Positions 38,737-55,457 are shown, numbered from the stretch's first letter. The stretch: DNA of 64,000 bases from Eledone cirrhosa (GCA_964016885.1 OZ024749.1:24366001-24430000), one strand, 5' to 3'. Made by a program: numbers and translations. The notes: a model not told the origin generated them from the letters alone.

Positions 38737-38970
38737 TTAGAAACACACAGATACATGCGGACACACACATATATACATGAATGCATCCGCACCCAACTGT
38801 GAGTTAAGGGTGCCAACTTCACCGATGTTGCTCAATGAATGACTGGGACAGACCAATTCAGTTTGAACCAGACTGAACCCGTATCAGAGTTAAAAATACA
38901 TTATGAAGAGAGAAGAAACATTTAGATATAATTAGTAATAAAATGTATCATACCTAAACTGTTCCTAAAT

Positions 38971-39058
38971 TCCTCGACTACGTAGTTTCGTGGCATAAAC
39001 AAAAACAATATATCAAAGATATAGAGTCCTTGCGAGGTCTGCCGACTAATCAAGAGGA
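38971..39058 (-). ncRNA. Hammerhead in the inverted arm (core mutated to TTGATTA)
   Basis: Reverse complement of 39396-39483 with an A8-to-T change. Confidence 0.6.
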
Positions 39059-39395
39059 TACCTCATTTTACTAGTCTCAAGAACGCGTCTACACGACGTG
39101 AGAAAGAATCCCAAAAGGCGGAGGGGGAGATAGTCACGCGATATAACGGTCGAGAAACAGAGCTAAGCCTCTTATAACCACGAAAAAAATACCACGGAGG
39201 CGGAGGGGGTATTCATATCGAGGCCGTAGAAGAGGTAGTGAAGAAGGCGAGCGCCTCCGTGGTATTTTTTTCGTGGTTATAAGAGGCTTAGCTCTGTTTC
39301 TCGACCGTTATATCGCGTGACTATCTCCCCCTCCGCCTTTTGGGATTCTTTCTCACGTCGTGTAGACGCGTTCTTGAGACTAGTAAAATGAGGTA

Positions 39396-39483
39396 TCCTC
39401 TTGATAAGTCGGCAGACCTCGCAAGGACTCTATATCTTTGATATATTGTTTTTGTTTATGCCACGAAACTACGTAGTCGAGGA
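39396..39483 (+). ncRNA. Type I hammerhead, U3-A8 core (unit 1)
   Basis: tcctc-TTGATAA-gt(c)ggca...tgccac-GAAAC-tacgta-GTC-gagga; predicted cleavage after 39478. Confidence 0.8.
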
Positions 39484-39986
39484 ATTTAGGAACAGTTTAG
39501 GTATGATACAATTTATTACTAATTATATCTAAATGTTTCTTCTCTCTTCATAATGTATTTTTAACTCTGATACTGGTTCAGTCTGGTTCAAACTGAATTG
39601 GTCTGTCCCAGTCATTCATTGAGCAACATCGGTGAAGTTGGCACCCTTAACTCACAGTTGGGTGCGGATGCATTCATGTATATATGTGTGTGTCCGCATG
39701 TATCTGTGTGTTTCTAAATGTATTAATAACTCCCTCTGGTCGAGCAATCTTTGAAGTGTGGGGACAACTGGAAAGCTTCCATTACTCATACTTCTCGCCT
39801 TCTTCACTACCTCTTCTACGGCCTCGATATGAATACCCCCTCCGCCTCCGTGGTATTTTTTTCGTGGTTATAAGAGGCTTAGCTCTGTTTCTCGACCGTT
39901 ATATCGCGTGACTATCTCCCCCTCCGCCTTTTGGGATTCTTTCTCACGTCGTGTAGACGCGTTCTTGAGACTAGTAAAATGAGGTA

Positions 39987-40074
39987 TCCTCTTGATAAGT
40001 CGGCAGACCTCGCAAGGACTCTATATCTTTGATATATTGTTTTTGTTTATGCCACGAAACTACGTAGTCGAGGA
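39987..40074 (+). ncRNA. Type I hammerhead, U3-A8 core (unit 2)
   Basis: Identical motif; predicted cleavage after 40069. Confidence 0.8.
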
Positions 40075-40577
40075 ATTTAGGAACAGTTTAGGTATGATAC
40101 ATTTTATTACTAATTATATCTAAATGTTTCTTCTCTCTTCATAATGTATTTTTAACTCTGATACTGGTTCAGTCTGGTTCAAACTGAATTGGTCTGTCCC
40201 AGTCATTCATTGAGCAACATCGGTGAAGTTGGCACCCTTAACTCACAGTTGGGTGCGGATGCATTCATGTATATATGTGTGTGTCCGCATGTATCTGTGT
40301 GTTTCTAAATGTATTAATAACTCCCTCTGGTCGAGCAATCTTTGAAGTGTGGGGACAACTGGAAAGCTTCCATTACTCATACTTCTCGCCTTCTTCACTA
40401 CCTCTTCTACGGCCTCGATATGAATACCCCCTCCGCCTCCGTGGTATTTTTTTCGTGGTTATAAGAGGCTTAGCTCTGTTTCTCGACCGTTATATCGCGT
40501 GACTATCTCCCCCTCCGCCTTTTGGGATTCTTTCTCACGTCGTGTAGACGCGTTCTTGAGACTAGTAAAATGAGGTA

Positions 40578-40665
40578 TCCTCTTGATAAGTCGGCAGACC
40601 TCGCAAGGACTCTATATCTTTGATATATTGTTTTTGTTTATGCCACGAAACTACGTAGTCGAGGA
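40578..40665 (+). ncRNA. Type I hammerhead, U3-A8 core (unit 3)
   Basis: Identical motif; predicted cleavage after 40660. Confidence 0.8.
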
Positions 40666-41168
40666 ATTTAGGAACAGTTTAGGTATGATACATTTTATTA
40701 CTAATTATATCTAAATGTTTCTTCTCTCTTCATAATGTATTTTTAACTCTGATACTGGTTCAGTCTGGTTCAAACTGAATTGGTCTGTCCCAGTCATTCA
40801 TTGAGCAACATCGGTGAAGTTGGCACCCTTAACTCACAGTTGGGTGCGGATGCATTCATGTATATATGTGTGTGTCCGCATGTATCTGTGTGTTTCTAAA
40901 TGTATTAATAACTCCCTCTGGTCGAGCAATCTTTGAAGTGTGGGGACAACTGGAAAGCTTCCATTACTCATACTTCTCGCCTTCTTCACTACCTCTTCTA
41001 CGGCCTCGATATGAATACCCCCTCCGCCTCCGTGGTATTTTTTTCGTGGTTATAAGAGGCTTAGCTCTGTTTCTCGACCGTTATATCGCGTGACTATCTC
41101 CCCCTCCGCCTTTTGGGATTCTTTCTCACGTCGTGTAGACGCGTTCTTGAGACTAGTAAAATGAGGTA

Positions 41169-41256
41169 TCCTCTTGATAAGTCGGCAGACCTCGCAAGGA
41201 CTCTATATCTTTGATATATTGTTTTTGTTTATGCCACGAAACTACGTAGTCGAGGA
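41169..41256 (+). ncRNA. Type I hammerhead, U3-A8 core (unit 4)
   Basis: Identical motif; predicted cleavage after 41251. Confidence 0.8.
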
Positions 41257-41328
41257 ATTTAGGAACAGTTTAGGTATGATACATTTTATTACTAATTATA
41301 TCTAAATGTTTCTTCTCTCTTCATAATG

Positions 41329-41369
<41 letters not shown>

Positions 41370-41520
41370 ACATACGTGTAATATATATATATATATATAC
41401 ATACCTATACATAGGTGTAATATATAAATAAATATATATATATATATATTATATGTATACATAAGTGTGATATATAAATATATATATATATATATGTATT
41501 ATATGTATACATACGTGAAA

Positions 41521-41604
<84 letters not shown>

Positions 41605-41896
41605 CATATGTGTGTAATATATATATATATATATATATATACATTCACAACATTCTTGGAGTTTCCGAGCAAGAGAACGCAAGCTTTTCAACGTACACCT
41701 GCTTTAGAACTGTAGAAGGTATTATATTAAATGTGTTGGTAAACTGGATTATCTACTCCTTGAAACTAAATATATCGTGCCTTTGAAGATAATCGTCCGG
41801 TCGCATCTGAGGCTTACAAGTGATTTCTTCAGATCGCTCAAGTCAACCGTACAAAGAAGATTATTCGAAGGTTCGTGGAAATAATAGACCTGTCAC

Positions 41897-42835
<939 letters not shown>

Positions 42836-43103
42836 TGTTCGTGTGTATTTGCATTAATTTAGAAAGTATGGCCAAACTGCCAGGATCTCCAAAATAGATC
42901 TTTCTCTCAAGATTGAAAATTATGCTCCAACGTACAATTTAAATAGTTCACCACACCAAATAACAGTACCACTATCTCTTGCTTAGAAGTTTACGTGCAA
43001 AATCACACTCACCATCCTACACATTTTCATATACGTGTCTTCTCGACTGAGGAACCGTTGATGTAAATAAAACTGCAATAGTGTACTAATGTGTTTTTAT
43101 ATA

Positions 43104-43702
43104 TACTAGCAGAAAGGCCCGGCGTTGCTCGGGATTCTAAACATAGATTGGCATGTTTATCCCTCCTTTCTGAAACAGTACAGAGAAGTACGGAATACCT
43201 CGGCCTGGGGATGGTGTCTACATTTTGTGCTTATAAAAGAAATTCGTCGTAGATTACCAGAGGTTTACCTTAATTGGATGCCTGAGATTAAAATGTTCAA
43301 CCTGCGAAACCCAAGATGATACGGTTAAGTAAAAAGGCATTCGACCAACCGAATATGTATTTGTTGTGCTATGGTACAATGAAAGCATAGTTACAGAGCA
43401 GTAAATATGTGGGACTACAGTGGTAGAGAGTGGCGAACGCAGAACTAAATATTTCGAAAAACGTTACGCACTATATATATATACACACATACGCACAAAT
43501 AGCGTCATAATGCAGACACCAGACATACAGAGATATATTATATTATAAGGAGTCGAAGTCTGGCACTTTATGCGGTCCCTAGGGCATTGGAAATTAAAAA
43601 TTTTTTTTGCTCCAGACACCCACACAACCATAGATATTACATGTGTACACTCTGAAAAAATTTGAGGGCGCCAGACAGATAGACAGTCTCTATATTTATA
43701 TA
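43104..43702 (+). mobile_element. Possible non-autonomous Helitron/Helentron-like repeat
   Basis: 5' tactagc...cccggcgttgctcggg hairpin and 3' cagacagatagacag...tatatttatata resemble ends of such elements. Confidence 0.35.
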
Positions 43703-43723
43703 CAAACATATATCTCTTTCACC

Positions 43724-43793
<70 letters not shown>

Positions 43794-43838
43794 CATATAT
43801 ATATATATATATTAATATATACACACATATATATATAA

Positions 43839-43918
<80 letters not shown>

Positions 43919-44071
43919 TATATATATCCATATATATATATATATACACATTATATATATATACACATTATATATATATATATATATACACATTATATAT
44001 ATAATTTATATACATATATATAATGTATATATATATATATATAATGTATATATATATATATATATATAATG

Positions 44072-44107
<36 letters not shown>

Positions 44108-44336
44108 ATGTATATATATATATATATATCTATATATATATATATAAATGTATATATATATATATATATAAATATATATATATATAAATATATATATATA
44201 ATGTGTATATATATATATATAATGTGTGTATATATATATATAATGTATATATATATATATATAATGTATATATATATATATAATGTATATATATATATGT
44301 GTATATATCTATATATAATATGTATATATATATATA

Positions 44337-44393
<57 letters not shown>

Positions 44394-44439
44394 GTATATA
44401 TATATATATATAATGTATATATATATATTTATATATATA

Positions 44440-45504
44440 ATGTTATACTTGGGGAGGGTCATATTTTTGTAATATTGCCAGAATTAATAACAGAAGACAC
44501 TGACTGTTTGGTTGGTTTTCGCTTCTCGCTGTCTTTTATATCTGCGATCTAACTTAATCGGTCCTCAATGTTGCCATTGACTGACCGACGGTCAAAAATA
44601 ATACAGATACAATATAGACACAAACACATATATATAGTTTACATAATTAACATAAATATTTCGTTGCACATCTGCAACATCGTCAGTGGTGTTATATTTT
44701 TTCCTCCTGTTGTGTTGTATGTCTACGCCATTTTTTTATTCAGTCTGTCTATATATTTATTTATTTATTTGCTTGTTTGTTTATTTTATTTTGTCTTCTT
44801 TGCGCATGCGTTTGCGTGTGTGTACAGCGTTATGTGTGCTGTGTGACTAGTGTGTATAGTGTTGTGTCTGCTGGGTGACTAGTGTGTGTTTATGTGCTTG
44901 ATGTTATTGTGCTTGTGTATGTATTTATCTTATTTTATTTTATTTCATTTACTTATTTATACTTCTCTTAGGTCAGTGTTGTTTGTTTGGGTGTTGTTGT
45001 TCCACTCATTCTTTCTGTTTAGCTTTGGTCTTCTAATTTCTATTTCACTGGCCTCTCTGATTTGCCTATCTGCTGGGTCATTCCTATGTTTAGATATTAT
45101 TCTAATTTCTATATTGTCTCTGTTACCGTCATGTTGTTGTCTAGCATGTTCGTATAGTACTGACCCGTTTTTTCGTCCTTTTAGTTCCCCACAGTGTTGG
45201 TCTATCCTTTCACCTATGCTACGAGCTGTTTCGCCTATGTATATTGTTGTCATGTTTCTGCAAGAACCCTCTGTACATCTTATGCTATAGACTACGTTTC
45301 TTGTTTTACAGTTTATCCGGGGGTTCACCTTACATATGATACGATTAAGTAAGATCGCAGATATAAAAGACAGCGAGAAGCGAAAACCAACCAAACAGTG
45401 AGTGTGTTCTGTTATTAATTCTGGCAATATTACAAAAATATTACCCTCCCCAAGTATAACAATATTTGTTTCGACACACGATTTCATATTAAAAACACGC
45501 TAAA

Positions 45505-45508
<4 letters not shown>
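44440..45508. mobile_element. Family P1b PLE: 3' fragment (minus) plus inverted tailed arm (45342-45508)
   Basis: GIY-YIG similar to P1; arms share cccaagtataaca; HHR remnant ~44650-44695 minus (CTGACGA-t-gttgc..gcaac-GAAA). Confidence 0.88.
44957..45340 (-). pseudogene. GIY-YIG endonuclease fragment
   Basis: NCKTRNVVYSIRC..YIGETARSIGERI..H..REA..RPKLN. Confidence 0.9.
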
Positions 45509-45544
<36 letters not shown>

Positions 45545-45653
45545 GAAAAATTGAACAGGGACAGAACAGAGAGGCAGTACGATAAATGTTTATTAAATTC
45601 AAGCTCAGTAGAGTGGGGGGTAGAATGTATATATATATATATATATATATACA

Positions 45654-45809
<156 letters not shown>

Positions 45810-46589
45810 GATATTTAACAAATGGAAACTATATTTATGAAACCATATTTATTTCATTATATATATTTCAGGGATACCATATTAAAAATATGGTATGCCT
45901 TCCTCAGACAAAATACAATATATAAACCGTTTTATAAATAAATTTGACATACCTAGAACAGTGCAACTTCCATTTAAAAAGTTGATTTGGTAGTGAAAAT
46001 GTTGAGAACAGTTAAAAAAAAGGAGGAAGAGAAAAATGAAAAAAAGAAGAAAAAAAAGAAAAAAGAAGAGAAGAAGTAAGAATGTGTATAGCGCTAAGGA
46101 CAGTTAGAGAAGAAGATGAAGAGATGTATGCAAAGAAAGCAACAGAGCATGATAGAGAGAAAGAGATATGGGAGAGAGAAATATATTGAGGGAGTGAAAA
46201 ATGATAGGCAGCTTGGAGACAGATGATCAGCGTACAAATGAGATATTAAGGAGGGAATGGGGTACTGTAATTATTTATTTATTTATTTATTTAGTTATAG
46301 TGTTAAGGATACGGAGAGAAATATGATAAATAAAGAGAGGTAGAGAGAGATATATGTGGTGGGAGAAAAGAGGTAGATCGAGTAATATCTATCATACGAG
46401 GTGGGAGAGATACATTTAAAAACAGCCGATATATAAGTCCCGTCAAGTGTAGAGGAGAAAAAGAAAGAAATATGATATATTTAAAATATATTTAAAATAT
46501 TATGTCTCGTCGATTTGAATTATCAATTCATATGAATTAGGTATTACAATGTAGATATCAATATTCATGAATGAGACACATATCAATAA

Positions 46590-46773
46590 TTGTTTCTACT
46601 TTAGGCACAAGGCCAGCAATTACCCAGTGCATTACTGGTACTTTATTTTTTCGACCCCGTAAGGATGAAAGGCAAAGTCAACCTCGGCGGGATTTGAACT
46701 CAGATCGTAAAGGGACGTAACTATGCTGGAAAGCATGGCGTCCGACCCTCTACCGATACTGCTAATCCACCGC
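46590..46773 (-). mobile_element. tRNA-derived SINE (Meta-domain/OR-like) nested in the PLE 3' region
   Basis: Minus strand gagttcaaatcccgccgaggttgactttgcctttcatcc...ggggtcg...agtaccagt. Confidence 0.8.
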
Positions 46774-47639
46774 CTAAAATAATGTGTGAAAAAATGAAAA
46801 AATAAAAAATAAAAAATAATGACCCCATGTTTAGTTTAAAAATTCTTAGGTTTATTAAGCAAAATCTGAGATAAAACTTCAAAAGTACTGAAATACATAA
46901 GTATATATGTATTTTCATGAAAAAAGAAAAAGAGAAAAGAGAAGGTTATTTCAAATTCAAGTTGACAATTATGGACACACATGTGAATTTACGTGATCGG
47001 CTCTTTAAAATCATATTTTCATGAAAAGCTTCATTGCGTTACAAAAGATTCCACCATACATATATGTACATACATATATATATAGACATAAAGTGTACAT
47101 TAATATTAATAATAATATTCTTGCCCTCACTTACATGATTATCGTTCAAGCATAGAATAGACAACAGATATCAATATATTAAAAATATATTAAAAATATA
47201 CTAAAAAAATATATTAAAAACGCCAAGAATATCTTGGTCACTCCACAGAGTAACTAGGGACGCAATAAAACATAGTATGCCACGCACATCAACCACAGAA
47301 AATACCCTTCAAATTTATTTGACAATATATTGTCAAGTTCATTAGAAGCAATCATAATGAAAAGTAAACTAAACCAAAATTATTCAACAAACCTTATTTA
47401 GCAGAAATCATTAAAAAAAATGTATTCTACAAATGCTCTTATATTTATTATAGAAGTTTATCTAGCTTAAAAATGTATTCAATAGATTGGGAACATCACC
47501 ATTATAGGGTACTTTAATTAATCTTATTAATTTATATACTCATGCAGAAGGTTTAAAAAAAAATTGGAGGAATCGAAAGATTTATCGGCAAGTTTCATAA
47601 ATAGTTAAATATCTTAAGTAAATATACTACATTTTAAAT

Positions 47640-48400
47640 TTATATTTATATTTAAAAGTTGAGTTCAATCTATGTCTGCAGCAGCTGAATAAATTGGTCC
47701 GTAAATTAAGGGAATTTTTAGATTTTAGTATAAAGAATATCTACTCTGCGCAGAGGTCACATGTCTCAGAAGAGGTATTAAAAAGAATCCCTTTTGAGAC
47801 TATATTCCAAACCATCGAATATCCAACGTTATCATGTTTAAGTTGCCAGAGTAAACCTGATAGTGATGTTGAAGATTTTTTACTTGGATCCTTGAAAGAA
47901 TTCTTGTGATTATTATAGTGAAGTTTAAATTCTGTCGAGGTGGAACCAACATAATTAAAAGAATTTAAGTCAGTTTTAACATTACAGTTGTATGTTATAT
48001 TTTTAACTAAGCAATTGTTATTTAGCGGACATTTAGATCTATCTCTACAGTTACAGTTGTTTACTTGAATATTCTTTAAGCTATTTTCGGTATTTTGGCT
48101 AGGTTTTAGATTCCTATTATTTATTCTATTATATATTTTGTGCTAAATTTTTGGTGGACGAGTATGTTAATTGTATGGTATGTCTATTGAAAATTGAGTG
48201 ATACTTCTGTGTTCTAGGGAAGCGTTTGTCAAGAGTATTAAAAAATAGTTTAGCGATGTGGGTTTTAATGTTTAGTAAGAAAGGGGGGGCAAACCATATT
48301 ATATTCCTAGTTCTATTTCTTTTCTGCTTTTGGGAATTATTGTAATGCTTTCTATTATAGTTGTTAAAGTTGTTACTGTGATTAAAATTGTTGTTAGTTC
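47640..48400 (-). pseudogene. Naiad-like PLE thumb/GIY-YIG remnant
   Basis: RNIIWFAPPF, SIFNRHT..Y, NCNCRDRSKCPL, YVGST, CDLCAE with stops. Confidence 0.8.
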
Positions 48401-48700
48401 GGTTAACTGTCCTCAACATTTTCACTACCAAATCAACTTTTTAAATGGAAGTTGCACTGTTCTAGGTATGTCAAATTTATTTATAAAACGGTTTATATAT
48501 TGTATTTTGTCTGTGGAAGGCATACCATATTTTTAATATGGTATCACTGAAATATATATAATGAAATAAATATGGTTTTATAAATATAGTTTCCATTTGT
48601 TTAATATCGTAAACCTACTCCAAAATCTGTTGAGTGCTTTTATATCAGTTATAAAATATTTACTCGTTGTAACCCTACAATTTTAAATAAAACTTTTGCA

Positions 48701-48762
<62 letters not shown>

Positions 48763-48999
48763 GTGTATATATATATATACATATATATATGTATATATAT
48801 ATATATATATATAATGTGTATATATATATATATATATATATAGTGTGTATATATATATATAGTGTGTATATATATATATAATATGTATATATATATAATG
48901 TGTATATATATATATAGTGTGTATATATATATATAATGTGTATATATATATATCATGTGTATATATAATGTGTATATATTTATTTTTTATTTTTTTTAT

Positions 49000-49214
49000 C
49001 GATCGACTTTCGTCAAATGGAACCGAGGAAACAATGTTTCCATCGGTCTTTCCAGTTCCTAGTACTATCTATCGGTCGCAACTCCAGGTAGAAAGAGCAA
49101 CGTGAAATAAAGTGTCTTGCTCAAGGAGATAACGCATCGACCGGTCCAGGACTCGAACCCACAACCTCAAGATTGTGAATCCAATTCTCTAACCACTCAG
49201 CCACACGCCTTCAC
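49000..49214 (-). mobile_element. tRNA-derived SINE, same family as 21992-22206
   Basis: Reverse-complement homology over the full length. Confidence 0.85.
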
Positions 49215-49215
49215 C

Positions 49216-50400
<1,185 letters not shown>

Positions 50401-50401
50401 T

Positions 50402-50474
<73 letters not shown>

Positions 50475-50475
<1 letters not shown>

Positions 50476-53400
50476 TTTATAGTAATAATAATATATATGA
50501 AGACTAAAATCCAAAGAGCGCTCGATAAGGATAAATATATATCAAATATATAAGAACTGTAGAGAAAACATTTATTAAAATAACAGATTAAAGTTTAAGC
50601 AAGGAATCGCTGCTTTTACCCTTAACGGGGTCTTCTGAAACTAACAAAGTCAATCTGTAAACGCAGAAGTGGATATTTCAAAACACGTTGCAACCGGAGG
50701 AAGACAGGAAGACGATACTTTTGTTCGTGGAAACGTTCCCTGTCAAAGAACGGGGAAAAACGAATATAATACGTCATTAATATAATACGTCATTAATGGT
50801 TAATAGAGACTTTCTCTGGCAATGAACGGAAAAAACGAAGATATACTTCATATGTGGATCGTGGAGAACAAATGCACGCAAAGACAAAACCACGTAAATG
50901 GTATAGCTGAAGTCGTAGACAAAATTCTAACTAGGAAACCGAATGAATCTCGTAATGGCATAAACAAAACATATACTTAGCTACCACATCAAGACGTAAA
51001 AAATCCACGTATAGATCGTACTATCCGTTAGGCTATAATGTGGGGCTGTAATACAGGAAAGTTTTGTGCAATTTATGTTTACAAGCCGAAATTGCCTCAG
51101 ATTTTTTGTTTAAGATGTGGTCTGTGGCGTAGAGTATTTCCAGGGACTCAGCGGCGCAAAGGTCATATGGTCTTCTATTTCCGTTATACGATCTAGCCCT
51201 AGCTAGGATCTCCCAGTGTAACTTAAATTGGGTGTGGTTGTCTTTTAGACTCCAGATATAAGTTGAATGTGACGTCATATTCCTTCTAAGAGGGTAACGA
51301 AAAGAATGGGTATGCTTGTAAAGACACTGCTTGAATCTATTGGCAGTTAACCCTATGTAGGCCCTACGGGAGGTGGGTGTTTCAACCTTAGATTTGTAGA
51401 CAATGTTACTAGAGAGGCATTTCCCGGATGGGGGAAATCAATCTGCTTCCTACAATTATAGTTAGTACTAACTACAGGGTTGCACGTGTTCCTACGGTTA
51501 GGTAGTTTAGCTAAATTTGAAGCTGTGATGTTATGTGCAAGGTTAGGAGTCGTAGAGTAAGACATTTTAATAGTATTTCTATTAAACATTTTACTATATT
51601 TATGTGTAGGGGGAAAATGCTTCGTAATAAGGGAAAGAAAGATCTTAGCTAATGGTGTGACCACCTCCATATTATATGGCGGGTTATACCAACAAATGCG
51701 ACGGGATCTATTACTTCTAGGTCTATTACCGTACTCTGTATATGCTACCTTATCGACAAATCCACTCCGAGCAAGAGCTTCATTGTAATAAGTGGAATGG
51801 TCGTTGAAAATATGCTCGTTAGTAAATAGACGGGAAAGCCTCAACGAAACGTATCTTACCAGGTTCTTGGTTATGCTGGCAGGATGTTTGGAATGCTTAC
51901 TTACGTAATTAAGCGTATCATTTGGCTTTCTATACGGGTAATACAACCCATTCGATAAATTGAGGGTAACGTCGAGGTAATTAACGACCGAGAGAATGGC
52001 CTCAACCTGTATAGAGAGGTTGAAGCCTTTAAAGAAGGCTCTGAGCTCTTTTCTGAACCTGTCGCAAGTACGAGGTCCGCACTTAGTTATGGTCAAAAGA
52101 CCTATCATCACGGTACAAACCACCGCCCACGTTAGGGAATTCGTCCTTGATATAGAAAAGAAGGAAAAGGCCGATAAGATCAGTAACCACCGCAGAATCG
52201 CTGGCGCCCATACTCACGTCGAATGGGGTACTATTGGATTTTTTAATCCAAATAGAGTCGGCGAAATTAATCACCGACTTACGGGCATTGAGGGTGACAT
52301 CAACTTCGAAATCCTTAACCACTGTGAGTGTTTTAGCGAAATTGATAGCTCTAAGGAGAAGTGGTAAAATGATGGAGGAGTAGTAATTGTTGATGTAGAA
52401 TTGGATAAAACGGCAATGATCCGTGTTGCATATGCCGTTGAAACAATCAATCACCCCGAAAGAATTGTTCCACAGTGCAAGAGGGGCCAAACTTCTAATT
52501 TCAGGTATAATTCTACCAAGAACCCTTTTACTAAGCCTACCTAAATCGGACTTCGTAGGGTTAAAGCCGAATAGAGGGGTCGTTCGGAAAACTGGATTTG
52601 TGATCCTTCAGGGTAAAGTGGGGAGAAATAGGGTCCAGAGGTTCGGTCCGGTCCAAAATGTTGTGATCAGAGGTGATTTTAAACACAGCATCGTTGATAT
52701 CATTGATGACGCACCGATTAGTTTTACGGTAATCCTTAGTTACAGCATTATGTAGTAGTTGATGGTAAGTACTGCGCTCCACGTGATATAGGTTGCCAGT
52801 TTTGTCGGAATGGACGTGCACGGCATTAGAATCCTTAATAGAACGAATTCTATTCTTCAGGTCCTGCTGGAAGGAATTGTTCCTATTCCGAAATTTGCTA
52901 CTCCGTATGAGTTCCAAGACATCATTTTCGAAAGGTAGCAATGCTGGGTTACACGGGGGGTTATTATAGGTTTTAAACCCAAATTTATCCTGTTTGTTGT
53001 CTGCTTTTCGCGGATTATCGAAATAAAAGGCACACCCACGCAACCTTTTAATGAACGCGTCTGTTTTCTGTATCAGGAGTTTTAGGTATTTTTACGGGTA
53101 TGTTCTTTGTAGAAATATTCATATGTTCTTTCTGCATGATGAATATAAGTCAATAGAGTGCTCAACCGAGGGAGCCAAACAGTAAAAATAATAAATTTGA
53201 AGACTAAAATCCAAAGAGGGCTCGATGAGGATAAATATATATCAAATATATAAGAACTGTAGAGCAAATATTTCTTAAAAAAACAGATTAAAGTTTAAGC
53301 AAAGAATCGCTGCTTTCACACTTAACGGGATCTTCTGAAATTAACAAAGTCAATCTGTAAACGCAGAAGTTGATATTTCAAAAAACGTTGCAACCGGAGG

Positions 53401-53780
53401 AAGACAGGAAGACGATACTTTGGTTCGTGGAAACGTTTCCTGGTAAAGAACGGGAAAAAACGAATATAATACGTCATTAATAGGAGCGGTGAAAAACAAT
53501 TACGCGCAAAGACAGAACCAAGTTTATGGTATAAACAAGTCGTAGACTAATGTTCTCTTAGATGGTTCATAGAGACGTTCTCTGGCAAAGAAGAGAAAAA
53601 ATGAAGATAATGCGTCATATGTGGAGCGTGGAGAACAAATGCACGCAAAGACAAAGCCACGTAAATGGTATAGCTGAAGTCGTAGACTAAACTCTAACTA
53701 GGAAACTGAATGAATCTCCGCATCAGAGTTAAGAGTAAAGTAAATAAATACAATACAGGGGTAATAGAAATTAAATAAAT
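50475..53780 (-). mobile_element. Decayed Naiad-like PLE (family N3) with direct pseudo-LTRs
   Basis: ~50480-50952 repeated at ~53181-53718 around the ORF remnants. Confidence 0.85.
51033..53110 (-). pseudogene. Frameshifted PLE RT + GIY-YIG
   Basis: SDKTGNLY, TLKDHK, FDVSMGASDSA, GLYRDD, NYLDV, WYNPPY, DLC..E, LNK..E...C.H. Confidence 0.9.
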
Positions 53781-53781
53781 G

Positions 53782-53823
<42 letters not shown>

Positions 53824-53931
53824 TATAGATATATATGTATATATATATATATATGTATATATATGTATATATATATATATATATGTGTATATATATATAT
53901 ATACGTATATGTATATATATGTATATATATG

Positions 53932-53964
<33 letters not shown>

Positions 53965-53981
53965 GTATATGTATATATATG

Positions 53982-54012
<31 letters not shown>

Positions 54013-54043
54013 GTATATATATATATGTGTATGTATATATATG

Positions 54044-54080
<37 letters not shown>

Positions 54081-54081
54081 G

Positions 54082-54110
<29 letters not shown>

Positions 54111-54112
<2 letters not shown>

Positions 54113-54318
54113 TGTTATACTTTGGGAGAGTCATGTTGCCAATAAGAAACACACGCACCAGTTGCTTTCACTTCAATTTATTATATATTTATAAACCTAT
54201 AAATTTCCAAATTTACAAATTTAAAAACCTATAAATTTCTGGTTCCCAAAGTATAACAATATCGGTTTCAGCACACGATTTCAGATAAAGAATCTTGCTA
54301 AACAAATTCAGAAACGAA
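54111..54318. mobile_element. Short family P1 head-to-head insert
   Basis: 54111-54244 matches 14966-15080; 54245-54318 is the reverse complement of 14910-14981. Confidence 0.88.
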
Positions 54319-54418
<100 letters not shown>

Positions 54419-54599
54419 GTATATATATATATATGTATATATATATATACACCCGGATATGTCTCCGCAAACAGTAATTCTCTTCTCGAATGGGCCATGG
54501 TGCCCAAATCCTGAATTGAAAGACTTCGCCAGGTGGTGCTATTAAGTTAGACATGGCCTGGGCCAATACTGCCCAAAACATTTCAAAGTTATTCAAAGT

Positions 54600-54817
54600 T
54601 ATGTATGTATTTGTATATATATGTATATGTGTGTATATGTATATGTATGTATATCTATATATGTATATCAATATGTATATATGTATTTGTATGTATATGT
54701 ATATCTATATGTATATATGTATATATATGTATATGTATATCTATATGTATATATATGTATATGTATGTATATGTATATATGTATATGTATGTATATGCAC
54801 ATAGAGGTATATGTATA

Positions 54818-54890
<73 letters not shown>

Positions 54891-54953
54891 GTATATATAC
54901 ATGTATATGTATATATATGTATATGTATATATATATGTATATGTATATATATG

Positions 54954-54988
<35 letters not shown>

Positions 54989-55457
54989 GTATATATGTAT
55001 ATATATGTATATATGTATATATATGTATATATGTATATATGTAATTCTATATGTATGTATATATGTATATATATATGTATACATATATATATATACATAT
55101 ATATATGTATACATATATATATATGTATACATATATATATGTATACATATATATATATGTATACATATACATATGTATACATATATATATATATGTATAC
55201 ATATATATATATATGTATACATATATATATATATATGTATATATATATATGTATATATGTATACATATATATATATGTATACATATATATATATGTATAT
55301 ATAAGTATATATATACACATATATACATACATATACACTTACATATATACATATATACATATATATACATATATACATATATATATACATATATACATAT
55401 ATATATACATATATAGATATATATATACATATATATACATATACATATATGTATATG

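Larger units (their letters stand above)
38731..41334 (+). mobile_element. Retrozyme-like element: 3.5 tandem 591-bp units (39252-41334) plus inverted partial unit (38731-39251)
   Basis: Exact 591-bp period (identical 75-aa ORFs at 39684, 40275, 40866), one HHR per unit, (TA)n flanks. Confidence 0.9.

Noticed and set aside
39684-41093. Repeated 75-aa ORF in the 591-bp unit
   Set aside because: No recognisable domain, starts in a (TG) tract; identity simply reflects the tandem copies
39252-41334. CRISPR-like array or ordinary satellite
   Set aside because: No unique spacers; hammerheads, inverted arm and a dispersed relative fit a retroelement better
41780-41880. ttgaaga-taatc...gatta-ttcgaagg hammerhead-like
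   Set aside because: No GAAA, stems I and III not formed
50605-50645. Hammerhead in N3 pLTRs (cagaaga..gaaagcagc, also 53305-53345)
   Set aside because: U4 missing in both copies, no NUH site or stem I
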